Shown: positions 28,068 to 40,157, numbered from the stretch's first letter. The stretch is DNA of 64,000 nucleotides from Selaginella moellendorffii (GCF_000143415.4 NW_003314270.1:1230722-1294721); one strand, 5' to 3'. Notes: generated from the letters alone by a model not told the origin. Numbers and translations: made by a program.

Positions 28068-29448
28068 GGGTAATGGGCCCAATTCTCACATGGGGTCATG
28101 TGATAAATGGAAAATTATGTGGCAATTTCATCAAGCTATTCATGGGGGGTTCTAAATGTATGGCCAGGTTTGAAGTTTTTGAGCTTGAACACACTCTTGG
28201 ACATCTAGGACATGAAGTCAATCGTCAAGATCTCTCACAGTTATCCAGTAGAGCCATAGCCATGGCTGACACTTACAAACATCCAGTCCAGTTTTAGAGA
28301 AAATGGTTTATGGCCATTGAACAAGAATGCTATGGACACGAACTTTGGTCCAAGTACACTCCATGCAATATCTCTCGATGACTTTGAAGCAGACTTCGAA
28401 AACACTTTAAAGAGATCAGCAGCCACCTCAATCACAAACTAAAACTTGAGCAAGATCTAGTGCAGCCTGAACAACATGAAGATCCAATGCAAGCTGAGGT
28501 CCATCTACAGCATTCAGTGTAGCCTAAGCAGCAAGCAAGCAGTGATCGTGACCAGCTTGAGCATCCTAAACTTCCTAGACAATTTGAGTAACTAGGTAAA
28601 AAGCACTTCTCAATTCTCATTCACTTACAACTTTGTTTTCCAAGAGCTTCGCTAGAGCATCGAGCTAAGTAGCGTGAGCAACATGTGGATGTGCCTGGAT
28701 GGCAATTAGAAAACAACAAGGTGGCATACCTGCATGCAAAATTATTTTCAAGGGTGCAAAGTCGTCCTCAACTTGGACCAGTGTTGCAAGCGAGTGCTAG
28801 AACTGTTTTAACAAGTTTATAATTCATTAGTGTTCTTGAAGCAATTGCCACTACAAAAGAAGCACATGAGAAGCAAAAAAAATTGGAAGCAATTGAAAGG
28901 GTTGCAAGGAAAAAGGAAAGAGAAGAAGCAACAATAAAAAAGAAAGAAGCAACAGCCATCAAGAAAAAAGAGAGCGAAGAAGCAACAACTAGAAAAGCTG
29001 AAGTGATAGAGAAGAAAAAATTGGAAGCCTTGAAAAAAAAGAAGGAGAAAGAAGCCCAAAAATATTAGAGTGAAAACAAGCAAATTCATTACCTTTGTTT
29101 TTGGTGTTTGCTTGGCATTAGAGATTCCATGACTTCATTCTTTCTCTTTTTTTGCCCCTCTCTCCTCTTCGCGGCAACAAATGGACAATGTTAGGGCCAT
29201 CTATGGACAAAAAATTAGGCCATAAATGGACGGATATTGGGCCATAAATGGACGGACTTAGGATAACTTTAGACTTTTTGGTAATGAGCGGTTTTTAAGA
29301 TTTTGTGAGTAGTTTTTTCTAAAAATTAGTTTATAAGCAGTAAATCATATAAACTTTTATATTATACCTTTACGTACAAAAATTATATTTAAATAAATGA
29401 ATTCGTACATTATTTTATTAACCCTGGCAAAAATTGGGCCCATTACCC
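28068..29448 (+). mobile_element. Non-autonomous TIR DNA transposon, Tc1/mariner superfamily (pogo-like) candidate
   Basis: 17-bp TIR gggtaatgggcccaatt / aattgggcccattaccc flanked by TA on both sides. Internal remnants GLWPLNKNAMDTNFGPS and ARTVLT plus a K/E-rich coil resemble pogo-type transposase C-termini. Subterminal ggccat..atggac repeats. Confidence 0.8.
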
Positions 29449-29699
29449 TAGAGTTGTGGAAGCTCTAGCAAAGCTTTTGATGAAAGACTGTATGCTTTAA
29501 GTTTCTAGGAAACAATCTCCAAAAGCTCGAGAGTTACAAAGTTTGGAAGCTGTATAAATCTCATTGGTTCTAGCGAGAAGTAGTTTGCGTAGAAGCTCAT
29601 ACACACCAACAAGAGTTACAAACTTCAAAGATCTACAGCTACAGCCAGTTCCTCATTGCTTCTACGGAGAAGATACATCAAAAACCAACAAGAACAAAA

Positions 29700-30847
29700 G
29701 CAAAGGAACATTACGTTAGTGCACGAAGTCAAGCTTTGAAGAAGCTTGTACACACACCTGCAGTTGAGCTCGTGCCAGAGCCGAAAGTCTTGTCCCGTGT
29801 ACTGTGAGCACAAGGCTTCGGTGTCTAACATGAGTGGCGGGAGTATCTCCGAGCAGCTTGGAAGACACAGAGACGGAGGAGCCACCGCCTCACCACTTTC
29901 ATAAGGTAAGTCCACTACCAGGATCCACATGAGACTGTAAGCAACCAAAGGGAACGATTCGAGAGACGATCCATAGGGGTTCAAATATAGAGGGAAAGGG
30001 CCCATGAACAAGAGTGCACCCCTTTTTCCAAACGGTTAAGGGTCTTGGGATATTTGGGGTTAAGTGTCCTTGGGTTTGAATAGTACTGGGCTGGGTGACC
30101 TCCCGGGAAGTCTAAACTCAGGAGCTTACATTTGGTATCAGAGGGGTCTTGGGTCCGACTCTGTTGGTTGGTTAGGGGAATCGCACCACATGTTGATTGA
30201 CATCTGGCTGGTCTAGTTTGCTCCCGCTGGGCTCGACCCGAGGGTTGGCTAGGGGAATCACACCACATGTTGATTGACATCTGGCTGGTCTAGTTTGCTC
30301 CCGCTGGGCTCGACCCGAGGGGTAGGGTGTCAAGAGAGCGGGGCTCTCGGGAGAGCTACGGCTCTCAGCTTCCGTTCACGAGGGCGTGAACTTGCAGGGA
30401 AGCGTGGTGGATTGTAAGCAACTAAAGGGAACGATTCGAGAGACGATTCATAGGGGTTCAAATATAGAGGGAAAGGGCCCATGAATAAGAGTGCACCCCC
30501 TTTTCCAAACGGTTAAGGGTCTTGGGATATTTGGGGTTAAGCGTCCTTGGGTTTGAATAGTACTAGGTTGGGTGACCTCCCGGGAAGTCCAAACTCAGGA
30601 GCTTACAGAGACCTGGGTCGCTACTGGATAGAGCACTCACTGTCTCTGCGGCTAGCTCTTTCAACTCACACTGACTGCAAGCTAAGCTCACCACCGCCCC
30701 GGCAACCATCTCAAAGACTGCATCCAAGGCTGGAGCAGTCTTCTTGTCCCGGCTTATAGCTTTGATGCACTTGAGTGCTGCTTCTTGGACTTTAAGAACT
30801 GTTCCTAGAAACTCCTTGGTGGCAAGGGCTAGAGTGGCAGGCTGCAC
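29700..30847 (-). pseudogene. C-terminal fragment of a TTI1-like (TEL2-interacting, ARM-repeat) gene, interrupted by a Cassandra element
   Basis: Removing the TRIM and one TSD joins LKVQEAALKCIKAISR..APALDAVFEMVAGAVVSLACS..DPGL in frame to MWILVVDL..PP..EILPP..QYTG. This matches my recollection of plant TTI1 C-termini. Confidence 0.7.
29936..30607 (+). mobile_element. Cassandra-type TRIM with 5S rRNA-derived sequence in its LTRs
   Basis: 195-bp LTRs 29936-30130 and 30413-30607 (tgtaagc...gcttaca), 5-bp TSD GAGAC, PBS tggtatcagag, purine-rich tract before the 3' LTR, non-coding interior. LTR core gttaagcgtccttggg..tagtactaggttgggtgacctcccgggaagtcc matches the 5S A/IE/C-box region. Confidence 0.95.
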
Positions 30848-30909
30848 TATAAGCTAGTCGAGATTAACCCAGCCTCCGGTTATGTGAGCTATATGTATTG
30901 GTTAGTTTA

Positions 30910-31103
30910 TGTAAGCAACCAAATTGAACGACTTAAAAAACAGTCCATGGAGTTCAAATATAGAGGGAAAGGGCCCATGAATAAGAGTGCACCCCCTTTT
31001 CCAATCGGTTAAAGGTCTTGGGATAATTGGAGTTAAGTGTCCTTAGGTTTGAGTAGTACTGGGCTGGGTGACCTCCTGGGAAGTCCAAACTTAGGAGCTT
31101 ATA
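30910..31103 (+). mobile_element. Cassandra solo LTR
   Basis: Full-length diverged LTR copy flanked by gttta/attta (TSD with one mismatch), no PBS or PPT. Confidence 0.9.
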
Positions 31104-32009
31104 ATTTATTGTTGTACAATTGGATTTGAGTGGTCATTTAATTTGTATTTATCCATATTCTTATATCTCGTATTTGGGGTGTTACTTTCTTGTTAGATAA
31201 GTGTATGATTTGATGATATGAGTTTAATGTTTGGGTCTTGTGAAGGTGAGTTGACAAATAATTATTGGTTGCTTTGTGACTAGTGATTATTTATAAACTT
31301 TGTCAAGAACTACTGACACTTGCTTTGTTCAATGATGATTTAGCAATGATAGGCTTGCTTCTTTGGATGGTGTTATAGAGGATTATATCATTAAACTTAC
31401 ATGGTTTTCCTATATTAGCATGTTACTTCTGTTGATATCAATTAGTTGCGTTTAGTTTATAGTGTTGGATTTCATTGAGTCTTGGACATGGTGAATCACT
31501 CTTTGATGATGTGTTATCTGTAGTTTAGTATTGTTGAAGGATTGATCTTAGATAATGAATAAAGTATTTTCGACTTTGGTTAACTTGGTTGTTAAAGAGT
31601 TTTGAGTGGTGATTTGTTCTTACTTTTTTCTAGCTTTGTTATAGTGTTGGTGGCATTGAAGTGATGCTCTATCATTAACATTATTAATGTTGAGATTTGA
31701 GTGAAATGAAATGTCTCTTCATAAGATTAATATTGAGTTTTATTAATATCAATGCAAATATTGTTGATCATTTGGTTGTAGCTTTGTATTATTGGTATTC
31801 ATGCATTTACTAGTTAATAATTATATTAGCATTCAAATGAATTAAGTAGCAAGTTGAGCTAATTTTATTCTATATAAGATTGCTTAGTAGAGGTTGAGCT
31901 TTTTCTTTTCTTTAAAAAATAATTTAGTCGTGAATTATACTAGTTTTATAAGAGAAAGAGTTAATAATTAATATTGAAGTTGTTAAATTCTTGTGGATTT
32001 TGTAATCTC

Positions 32010-32449
32010 TTGAGTTTAGACTTCTTGGGAAGTTTAAACTCAAAATTTTATATTTAGGGTCTAACTTTATTAATTGGTTAAAGGAATCACATCATATGTT
32101 GAGATTGATATTTGGTAGGTCTAGTTTGCCTTTGGCTAGGCTCGACCCAGCTACACTCGACTTGGTAGAGTGTTAAGAGACCGGGGTTCTCAAGAGAATT
32201 GTGACTCTTAGCTTTTGTTTATGAAGATATAAATTTACAAAGAAGCGTGGTGAATTGTAAGTAACTAAAGAGAACAATTTAAGAGATGATCCATAAGAGT
32301 TAAATATAAAAGGAAAGAATTTATAAAGAAAAATGCACCTTTTTTTGTAATTAGTTAAGGGTTTTGGGATATTTAAAGTTAAATGTTCTTGGGTTTGAAT
32401 AGTATTGGGTTAGGTAACCTTTTGAGAAGTTTAAAGTCAAATGTTTATA
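32010..32449 (+). mobile_element. Heavily decayed, 5'-truncated Cassandra copy
   Basis: Tail of the 5' LTR, the interior and a 3' LTR (32256-32449) align to the intact copy with many C>T/G>A changes. Confidence 0.85.
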
Positions 32450-33270
32450 GGTGTACGTTGGGAAATATAAATCATTGATGATTTTCTTATATTTGTTATG
32501 AAGTAAGCTACATCTTGCTATAAAATATTAATTTATAGAGGATCATTTGGAGATTACTTGTTAAACATAGTTTTGTTGTGCTTAGCTTTTGGATTGATAT
32601 AGATATATTTTTCATTAACTTTTGCATTGTAAAGTTTAGCTTATGGATGTGATGAGGGGGATATTGTGGGTTGTTGTTGCGAATGTAACTATGGGTATCG
32701 AAAGTCATCTATTGACTAATCCTTTTGGATATTCTTTCCTTACTGCCATGACAGTAAGAGGTTAGTATTGCTAATTTCCTTTTAAACCCAGTATTAGTAA
32801 ATTTGGTTTAACATTTGTACTTAGCCAGATGAATATAAGATAGGAACTCCTATATATTTTCTTGCTGAGAATATTTGGCTTGGTTTTTAATTCTCTTTTG
32901 CTCTGTCTTGCATTGACTTGATAAGAACCCTTGCTTATTGAGGTTAGTTCTTCAATATTGCCAGAGGTAGTTTATTATGTTTGCCAAACACCCTTGCTAT
33001 CATACTCTATATGTTGGTCTTGTTCGGTCCTAATTATTATTTATGGAAAGTGTCTAGATTTGCTAATTTGGTATATCTACGGAATGTAAAGATTGTCTTG
33101 AACACAATGGTGTTTGTCCCATGTTAAAATTCATAATCAAGTGCCATTTTATATTTAGTAAGTTTCAAGTTAGTCCCAGAGACTAACTCTTAGTACTAAA
33201 GGTGGCTAAAAGTGAAAGCCCACAGCATGTGTTCCTCAAGGGGGGGGCAGAGGCTATAGGGGGTTTCAAA

Positions 33271-33794
33271 TGTATAGTAGGGATAGTGGGTAAGTTGGGC
33301 ATACTTGACTAACCTAAGATGGAGTTTAGCTCCCGCTTGTGTGCTTATCCTTGTTTTGTGTCCAGCTTAGGTCTAAGCTTAAGTTTCACACCATACTAGC
33401 TAGTAGAGTATCTATATCCTCGCGTTATATCACTAGTATACTGAAATAGCATCAAACTCTATTTGGCTCCATTTTGCATGCTAGTCCTAACATTGGGATG
33501 TTGGAAGCTCTAGGACTATTTCAAGTCACTCTATATTCCTGTCTCTTTGTTCATGGGTTGAACACTCAAGAGTCACTCTATGTTCCGGTTCTTTCGCTCC
33601 TTAGTTGTAAGCTTGGGAGTTTAGCTCCATACCTTCATTTAGTGGCTTAAGGCCCTGAAACTCAGGTTTCACTTTGCTATCCTTGGACACATGGCATATG
33701 GCATGTGGCATATAACACATTGCACATAGAGGGTTTATGTTTTGCTTCATGGTTATCCTATAGTAAATCACTATAGAGTACCACGTGTGCTACA
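33271..33794 (+). mobile_element. Probable LTR of another decayed retroelement
   Basis: tgta...taca ends, preceded by a G-rich purine tract and followed by PBS-like tttggtatcaaa. Surrounding DNA is AT-rich decayed sequence. Confidence 0.45.
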
Positions 33795-36059
33795 TTTGGT
33801 ATCAAATGATGAGTCTCAGTGAGTACTATCCAATGAGATTGGGCAATTAGTCTCATTGCATACACAGAAACAAAAATGATGATCTAAATGGGTATACATT
33901 TGGGTGCTAAGACTTCACATTCATTCATTGGGTATAGATTTTGGTTGCCTTGTTTGTACTATATTATATGAGCTTGCACTTTGGTTTATAGGTTGGATTA
34001 AGATGTTCTGTTTGCATGAGTTTGTGTTTGGGTGAGTGAGTGAGGCACATTAGCAACTCAAGGATACACTTTGAGTTAGTAGAATTAATATTAGCCTATT
34101 GGTGGTTCTATAAGTTGTTCTATGTACCATGGGTTAAAATAAACCTTCTTTGGGTTTGTTCTGAGTGGTGAATAGGCTGGTTTGTAGCTGTTTAACATGG
34201 CACTAGTGGATCTTTTCTAGGCATGATTATGAGTGGATTAATCAAAATTGTAGGGATTAGTCTGATGATTCAAGTAGTCATTGTTGTGCTCTCTTATAAA
34301 TTTTTCTTAGATTAGATTGAAGGCAGTGCAAATGCAAATTTGAGGTTTAGTCAAGTTGAGTTCGAAAAGAAAATTGTCAGAGATGAAAGATCAAACATGT
34401 AAGTCATTTCCTCTATTTGGAAAAATGATTTATAATGAAATATGACTCATTATTTGTGTTCACATCATGTAAACAAGAGTCCCTATCTTGATGTATATTG
34501 GATATGATGGTCTTACAAGTGGTGAGTCATGGGATTGATAGCAGTGAAACACTAAACTATTTTGTCTATGTTTGCTATTGAAGATTTGGGTTACAATGCT
34601 CAATTCTTTTCTAAGGAGCTAGTGCTCCTTGAGTAGCTTGGTATTAAATTAGTTTTGAGTTTGGTCAAAAAGAGAGTGGCATAAACTTGTTTATGTTGTG
34701 AACAAAGTTGGTGGTGTTAAATGTTGTAAATCTCTATCGATGGGGTGTGGCATTTATATTGCATTGTATCAAATTAAGTTGGCACTTGAAACTCATATAA
34801 ACCTTTATAATAGTGACATGGGTATTGCTCGTAGTGTTGCTCAATTGATGATCAAGTCATTGTGATTTTTATATCATATCCATATGATAGTGAGCAATGT
34901 GTTTATGAAGTTGCTTGATTAAACAATGATCAACCCTAAAGTGGTTGATAGTGAACTTATAAATAATAACATCAAAGTAGTTTTTACTTGGTTCTCAATG
35001 GTGATCCATTATGCTTAGTTTAATTTGGTTCCTTAAGTTTGCCTATTGAGGTGTTGGAAAAGGATATAGCATTCATTTGCAATAACTTGTCATTTGATTC
35101 ATTAATATTTGGAGTAGATTGTTGGATGGAGAAGGTGTAAAGTTGAGGTATTGATATTACTAGCACTTGTGTTAGTGGAAGTGGCATTGTTATGTTAAGT
35201 GATGAAGAATTTTCCTTAGACCTTGATTTTTCATATCCTTTTTCTTGTTAGTGTTTTAGTTTCATATTAGATCTTGAAGGTGATTAAAGAAGAGTGTTAA
35301 TGTAATATGGATATTTGAAGATATTGTCTTCATAATCAAGTCTTGGGTATTCATTTACATTTTTGTTGGATGTAAAAAATATAGGCATGATTTTTAATGC
35401 TTAAGCATGTTGTTAAATCATAAGAATTAATGTTAAAATAAACTTATGTGAAGTTGTAAGTAGGAGGAAGTTGGTTGAGTCTTAAAAGTTTGTATTCTTA
35501 AATTAAGAGTCATTCTTGTTTAGGATGGAAAATTTTCCATAAAATTTTTTAGACTTTTTCAATGGCTGATTTGTTGATCATTTTGCCCAAAAACCATTCC
35601 GTTTTTGTAAATCAGTACAAACTAATGAAGGGGTTGGGTAATTTTTTAGCTAACTTAAGTCAATAAAAGTCAATAAAAGTCAATATAGTCCACCAAATAC
35701 AAATGTTGATGTTCAAATGATTGGTTCGAGATGAACTAATCATTCTATTCAAAACTTAAGACATATTTTCATTCTAAGAAAAAGCTAAATAATATAAGTC
35801 TAATAAGAAAACAAATATCATGAGTCAAAGAAGAAATTGTATAATACCACTAAAAAATTTGACAAAAAAAATTTTAGTCTTCCTTGACATCCACATCCAT
35901 AAAAGGAGGAGTTTGTATAGTATTATGCTCTTTAACTGTGAGCTTTTGTTGTATGTGAGCTTGTGCCATTACTTCAGCATAATATGACAAATTATAGCCC
36001 ATGTCATTAATCCACCTAATATACACAACCATGATAGAATTACTATAATAAGAAATTTA

Positions 36060-38998
36060 TACTTTATTATTACCTGTTATCAAATGTCCCAAGAACACCT
36101 TCAAATGCACTCTCCTTCTTTAGTGCAAAAATTGTATGGCCAGTCTCTTTAGCCGATAGCACCATTAAACCAAAACTTACCATAACATTAAGCACAATCT
36201 TTTTGAAAGGACAAAACAACTCTAGGAAGATTTGCTTGGCTTTTGGTGAATAGTGTCAATAGCCAAGGAACTTTATGTGATGGTCTTTATCAATGACATT
36301 TGGGATGATGTCTGTTGAGCTATCATATCCTAGCAATTCCAAACTTACATGCTCATAAGCTCATGTAATACTGTGATGGCAAAAATAGTAACAAAGAGTA
36401 TAGTAGTTCCATGCTAAAACTTACAGTGAAAAGAGGCAATCAATTTAAGATATGAGAAACAAGGAAATGCAAACCTTTTGGATTTGGCCACCTATTCCTT
36501 TTGTTTCGACTGGGATGTTTAAGAATAGATAGCTTGATGCAAACTCAACCAATCTAAAGTTATCATTCTCCACCATCGTTGCAAGAAAACCTCCCTAAAA
36601 TAAAGAATGGGGAAGAATGACTAGCATAATACCCTCATATCGCAACATCTTGCATGCCACATCTACTACTTGAGAAATATAGTTTAGTCAAAAGATGTTT
36701 AGGATGGAGTGTCGCCTTGTAAAGGTGATAACCCATTAGGCAAGTTGAAGAACACAAGGTCAATGCTGAAGGTATTGTTCATTCTCAATCCTTACATCCA
36801 TCTATAGAACATAAAAGACTCTTATCTCATGTTGTTGGAAAGTTGAAAGTAGTCCCCAATAACTATTTCCACGTTGCCAACACTTCTTGTTAGAGAAAGA
36901 GGGCAAACTTGGATAGAGCTCAAAACTAGGAAATATTAAAGTTAATATATGTTTTTTTTCCATACATGTTTGTGTGAAGTCGATGAAGATAACTCTTGGA
37001 GGTCATCCTCTGTAGTAGTGGGGAGGGATGGAAAGAATGCATTTGTACGTTAGTGTATAGAGTGTTGGTTGATTTCTCTAACAATTACAACCAAATTACA
37101 ATAAGCAAGGTCATTGGAAATCAAGTTTTTACTATCTTGGACATCCTCATTATAGAGCTGCCTTCGTACATTTCGAGCAATCAAGGCTGGACAAATAGTG
37201 GCAGTAGGATCTGGGGAATAAACAATTATTGTAGAATGAGATGGGGTAGGAGAGTTTTCAGTTGAGTTCTCCACTTGTTCCTTTTCGGTTTGCTCAATAT
37301 GAATCTAGTCCATGTCTTGAGGCATCTCCACTCCCTCCAAAAGTGCCTTTACAATAAAGTAGAAACATAAGTTACTGCTAGGAAGCTTTATTCATCAAAC
37401 TTAGATGACACTTGAGGTAGAGATCGAGCTCAAAAGGTGACGATGGCATTTGCCTCCACAACTCCAAGTACAATAGACAAAGTTTTCACTCTCGTGCAAT
37501 GGGACAATGGAACTTTGGCTCATATATACCAAGCTTCTTCCCACTAGTTAAGAGCTTGAGAAAAACACTTGTTGTGTACATTGGAGCACTTGGGCAATGA
37601 TTTAAATACCTACAAAAGAGCCATCATTAAATAAAGTCAATTTCTTGCAATATACCTATATGCCATGTGGCATGAGAAAAACAGTTGGCGAGAGCATATC
37701 TCTGCAATGCAATTTAGCAAATCTTTATCATTTCGGATGTCCGCAATCACAAGTAACTTCTTCACCTTTGACTTCTTCGAGTTCAAAATCCACTACTTAA
37801 TTTGTTGTAGTTCAAGATTCTTTTGCCCCTCATTCATCACTTGCGTAATCTTTAAGTATGAGTTTTGCTCCGCCTTGACAATTGGCTAAAAGGAAATTTG
37901 TGAGTAGAAAACATAAGTTCATGCAAGAAAAAGATATCTTTGCTCAGACCACAACCAAAAAATCCATAGACACCTAATACCAAGTAAGCAACTCTTGGCC
38001 TTTATGTGCTACAAGCTTTTCTTGAACTGCTTCCATAACCTCATGACTATACAGCATTTGGATTTCCTTGAGAGAAAGCATGCCAATATATCGAAGGTGC
38101 TTGATATCATAGACCAAGGTATGTGCTTGGAAAGAAAACTGATTAAGCCTGTAATATAATTGGTGAGAACAAAGGTTACTAGTAAGGGATTCTTACATGT
38201 TGATCTTGTGACATGCCAAGTTAAGCCTCATAACTTGGTTTCAATCCTTTGGCTCCACAAGTGTCACTAGAACATAAATATGTCACTCATCATTATCTTA
38301 AAACTTCTCTTGGATACACCTCCAAAATACTAACCATCGGTGGTTTCCATCAATAAGGAAGAACATCTGGCCTACAAAAGCTTGTGTCTCCTTGTGGTAT
38401 ACCATCAAAGTATTAAACTCTTGAAATTTCCTTTGCCATATCTAATCCCAAGTCTACTTGTCTCGCGAGTAACCATGTCTATGAGATTTGTTCCGGGAAA
38501 TGATGACAATACAATAAATGATCCAATCGTGTATCCAAATCCAACCTCTGTGAAAGAGGTATAAATAGCCATGTTGAAGGTGTAGGCTGAGTGCACTTAG
38601 TGGCTCTGCTTAAAAAGGGGAATTTGAAAATGTTGGAGTCCTTTCCAACCCATTTCACCTAACACCCTACTGATAGTTTGTTCTTGAGCCTAGATAATAG
38701 TCTCACATACTTGCTCATTCAAGATTATGTTAGCCTTTAGCATAGTTTCCACCTCATTTTTGTGACCTTCAATAGCAGTAACATGTCCACCATTTCCACC
38801 ACCAAGATTTGCCCCACCATCTATGGCACTAGATGCCTCATTTCCACCACCAAAATCGGCCCTACCACCTATGGCACTAGATGCCTTATTTCCACCACCA
38901 CTAGCAGCTTCTCCTACACTATCGATAGGTTCTACATTTCCACCCTCTCTAGAACCATTTGGCTTCTGCATGCTGACACTTGGATCAGGATCAACCAT
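36060..38998 (-). pseudogene. Decayed gene for a ParB-like domain plus beta-class N4C/N6A DNA amino-methyltransferase-like protein
   Basis: Hand translation: GQMFFLIDGNHRWLVF (IDGNHR at 38337-38354), SIDLVFFNLPNGL (~36730-36767), VACKMLRYEGIMLVILP, QIFLELFCPFKKIVLNVMVSFGLMVLSAKETGHTIFALKKE (~36110-36235). Contains introns, stops and frameshifts. Confidence 0.7.
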
Positions 38999-39224
38999 GC
39001 TTGGATCTGGACACCACTGCTCCCACCATAGTCTTCCTCTAAAGTAGCTCCTTGAACTTGTGAAGTGTCCCTAGTGAATTTAGCACAATGATTTAGTCGT
39101 TTTCCTAGAGAATGGTTGACTGACATGCTTCTTCTATTGTGGCATGATTTATATGTCCATATAAAAATGACAAAAACACTTGAGTAAACATTAAAAAAAG
39201 TTTTGAAGAAAAATAGGATTGATT

Positions 39225-39695
39225 TCCTTGGTGTTAGGAAGATTGATTTGCTGCCGAACCAATTTTCCAGCACCAAAGGAACAAAAAAAAAGGAAAAGAA
39301 GTAGCTCCCTTGGTGTTGGGAAGATTGGTTTGATACCGAACCAATCTTCCAGCACCAAAGGAACAAAAAAAAAAAGAAAAGAAATAGGTCCTTTGGCACT
39401 AGGAAGATTGGTTCAGTAGCAAACCAATCTTCCAGGCAAACTAATCTTCCAGTGCCAAGAAAACAAAAGAAAAACGAAAAGGAATAGCTCCCTTAACACT
39501 AAGAAGATTGGTTTGTTGCCAAACCAACCTTCCAACACCAAGGGGAAGAAAAAAGAAGAAAAGAAGCAGTTCCCTTGGCACTGGGAAGATCGGTTTGTTG
39601 TCGAACTGATCTTACAGCACCAAGGGAACAACAAGGAAAAAAAAAAACCCAGAATCTGATATGTTGGGAAGATTGGTTCACTACCAAATTGATCA
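39225..39695. repeat. Tandem array of ~82-bp units, each a long palindrome plus A-rich linker (5-6 copies)
   Basis: Approximate consensus ccttgg(tgt/cac)tgggaagattggtt-N8-aaccaatcttccagcaccaagg followed by an A-rich spacer. Cores start at ~39236, 39318, 39401, 39501, 39583 and 39666. Confidence 0.9.
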
Positions 39696-39933
39696 TTCAA
39701 GTGCAAAGTAGCTGTGAGATGCAAGTTGCTAGCAAGTTAGGAGCAAGAAATGGGGAGATGGAAAAAAAGCACATAGGGAGATTAAGAGGTATATTTTGAT
39801 TGAGGAGTGTCTTTTTAGTGTCTTGAAGAGCATTTAGTGTCATGATTGAGAAGCATCTTGAAGCATATTGTGAGAGTGTTTTTCTCTTGCCCTTCCTTCC
39901 TCAAACCCTAGCTATAAAACCCTAAAAATTAAC

Positions 39934-39981
39934 GGTCATGATCAATGGTCATGATCAATAGTCATGACCAATAGTCATAAT
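39934..39981. repeat. 13-bp tandem repeat (gtcatgatcaatR x ~3.5) beside two telo-box-like motifs
   Basis: ggtcatgatcaat ggtcatgatcaat agtcatgaccaat agtcat. aaaccctag and aaaccctaa at 39903-39925. Confidence 0.85.
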
Positions 39982-40157
39982 TTTCATTCTCTTTAATGAC
40001 GATTGCTTCCTAGATTCTAGTGATATATCAATTTTTTAACAATACTTTAATTTTTCAAATGGTAAGATATATTTATTAGACAAATCCACTATGAACATAA
40101 ATTTGACGTGTTCTTTTCAAAGAGACAATTATTCAATACTTTAGATATTAAGATATA

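Noticed and set aside
30055-30115. 5S rRNA genes (also ~30535-30590 and ~31030-31086)
   Set aside because: Only the internal promoter part matches 5S and it lies within LTRs; the 5S termini are missing.
34300-35500. LINE or copia coding remnants
   Set aside because: Too decayed; only a GDPL-like tetrapeptide, not enough to assign.
39225-39695. CRISPR array
   Set aside because: Spacers are similar A-rich linkers rather than unique sequences, repeats are degenerate, there are no cas genes, and the context is eukaryotic.
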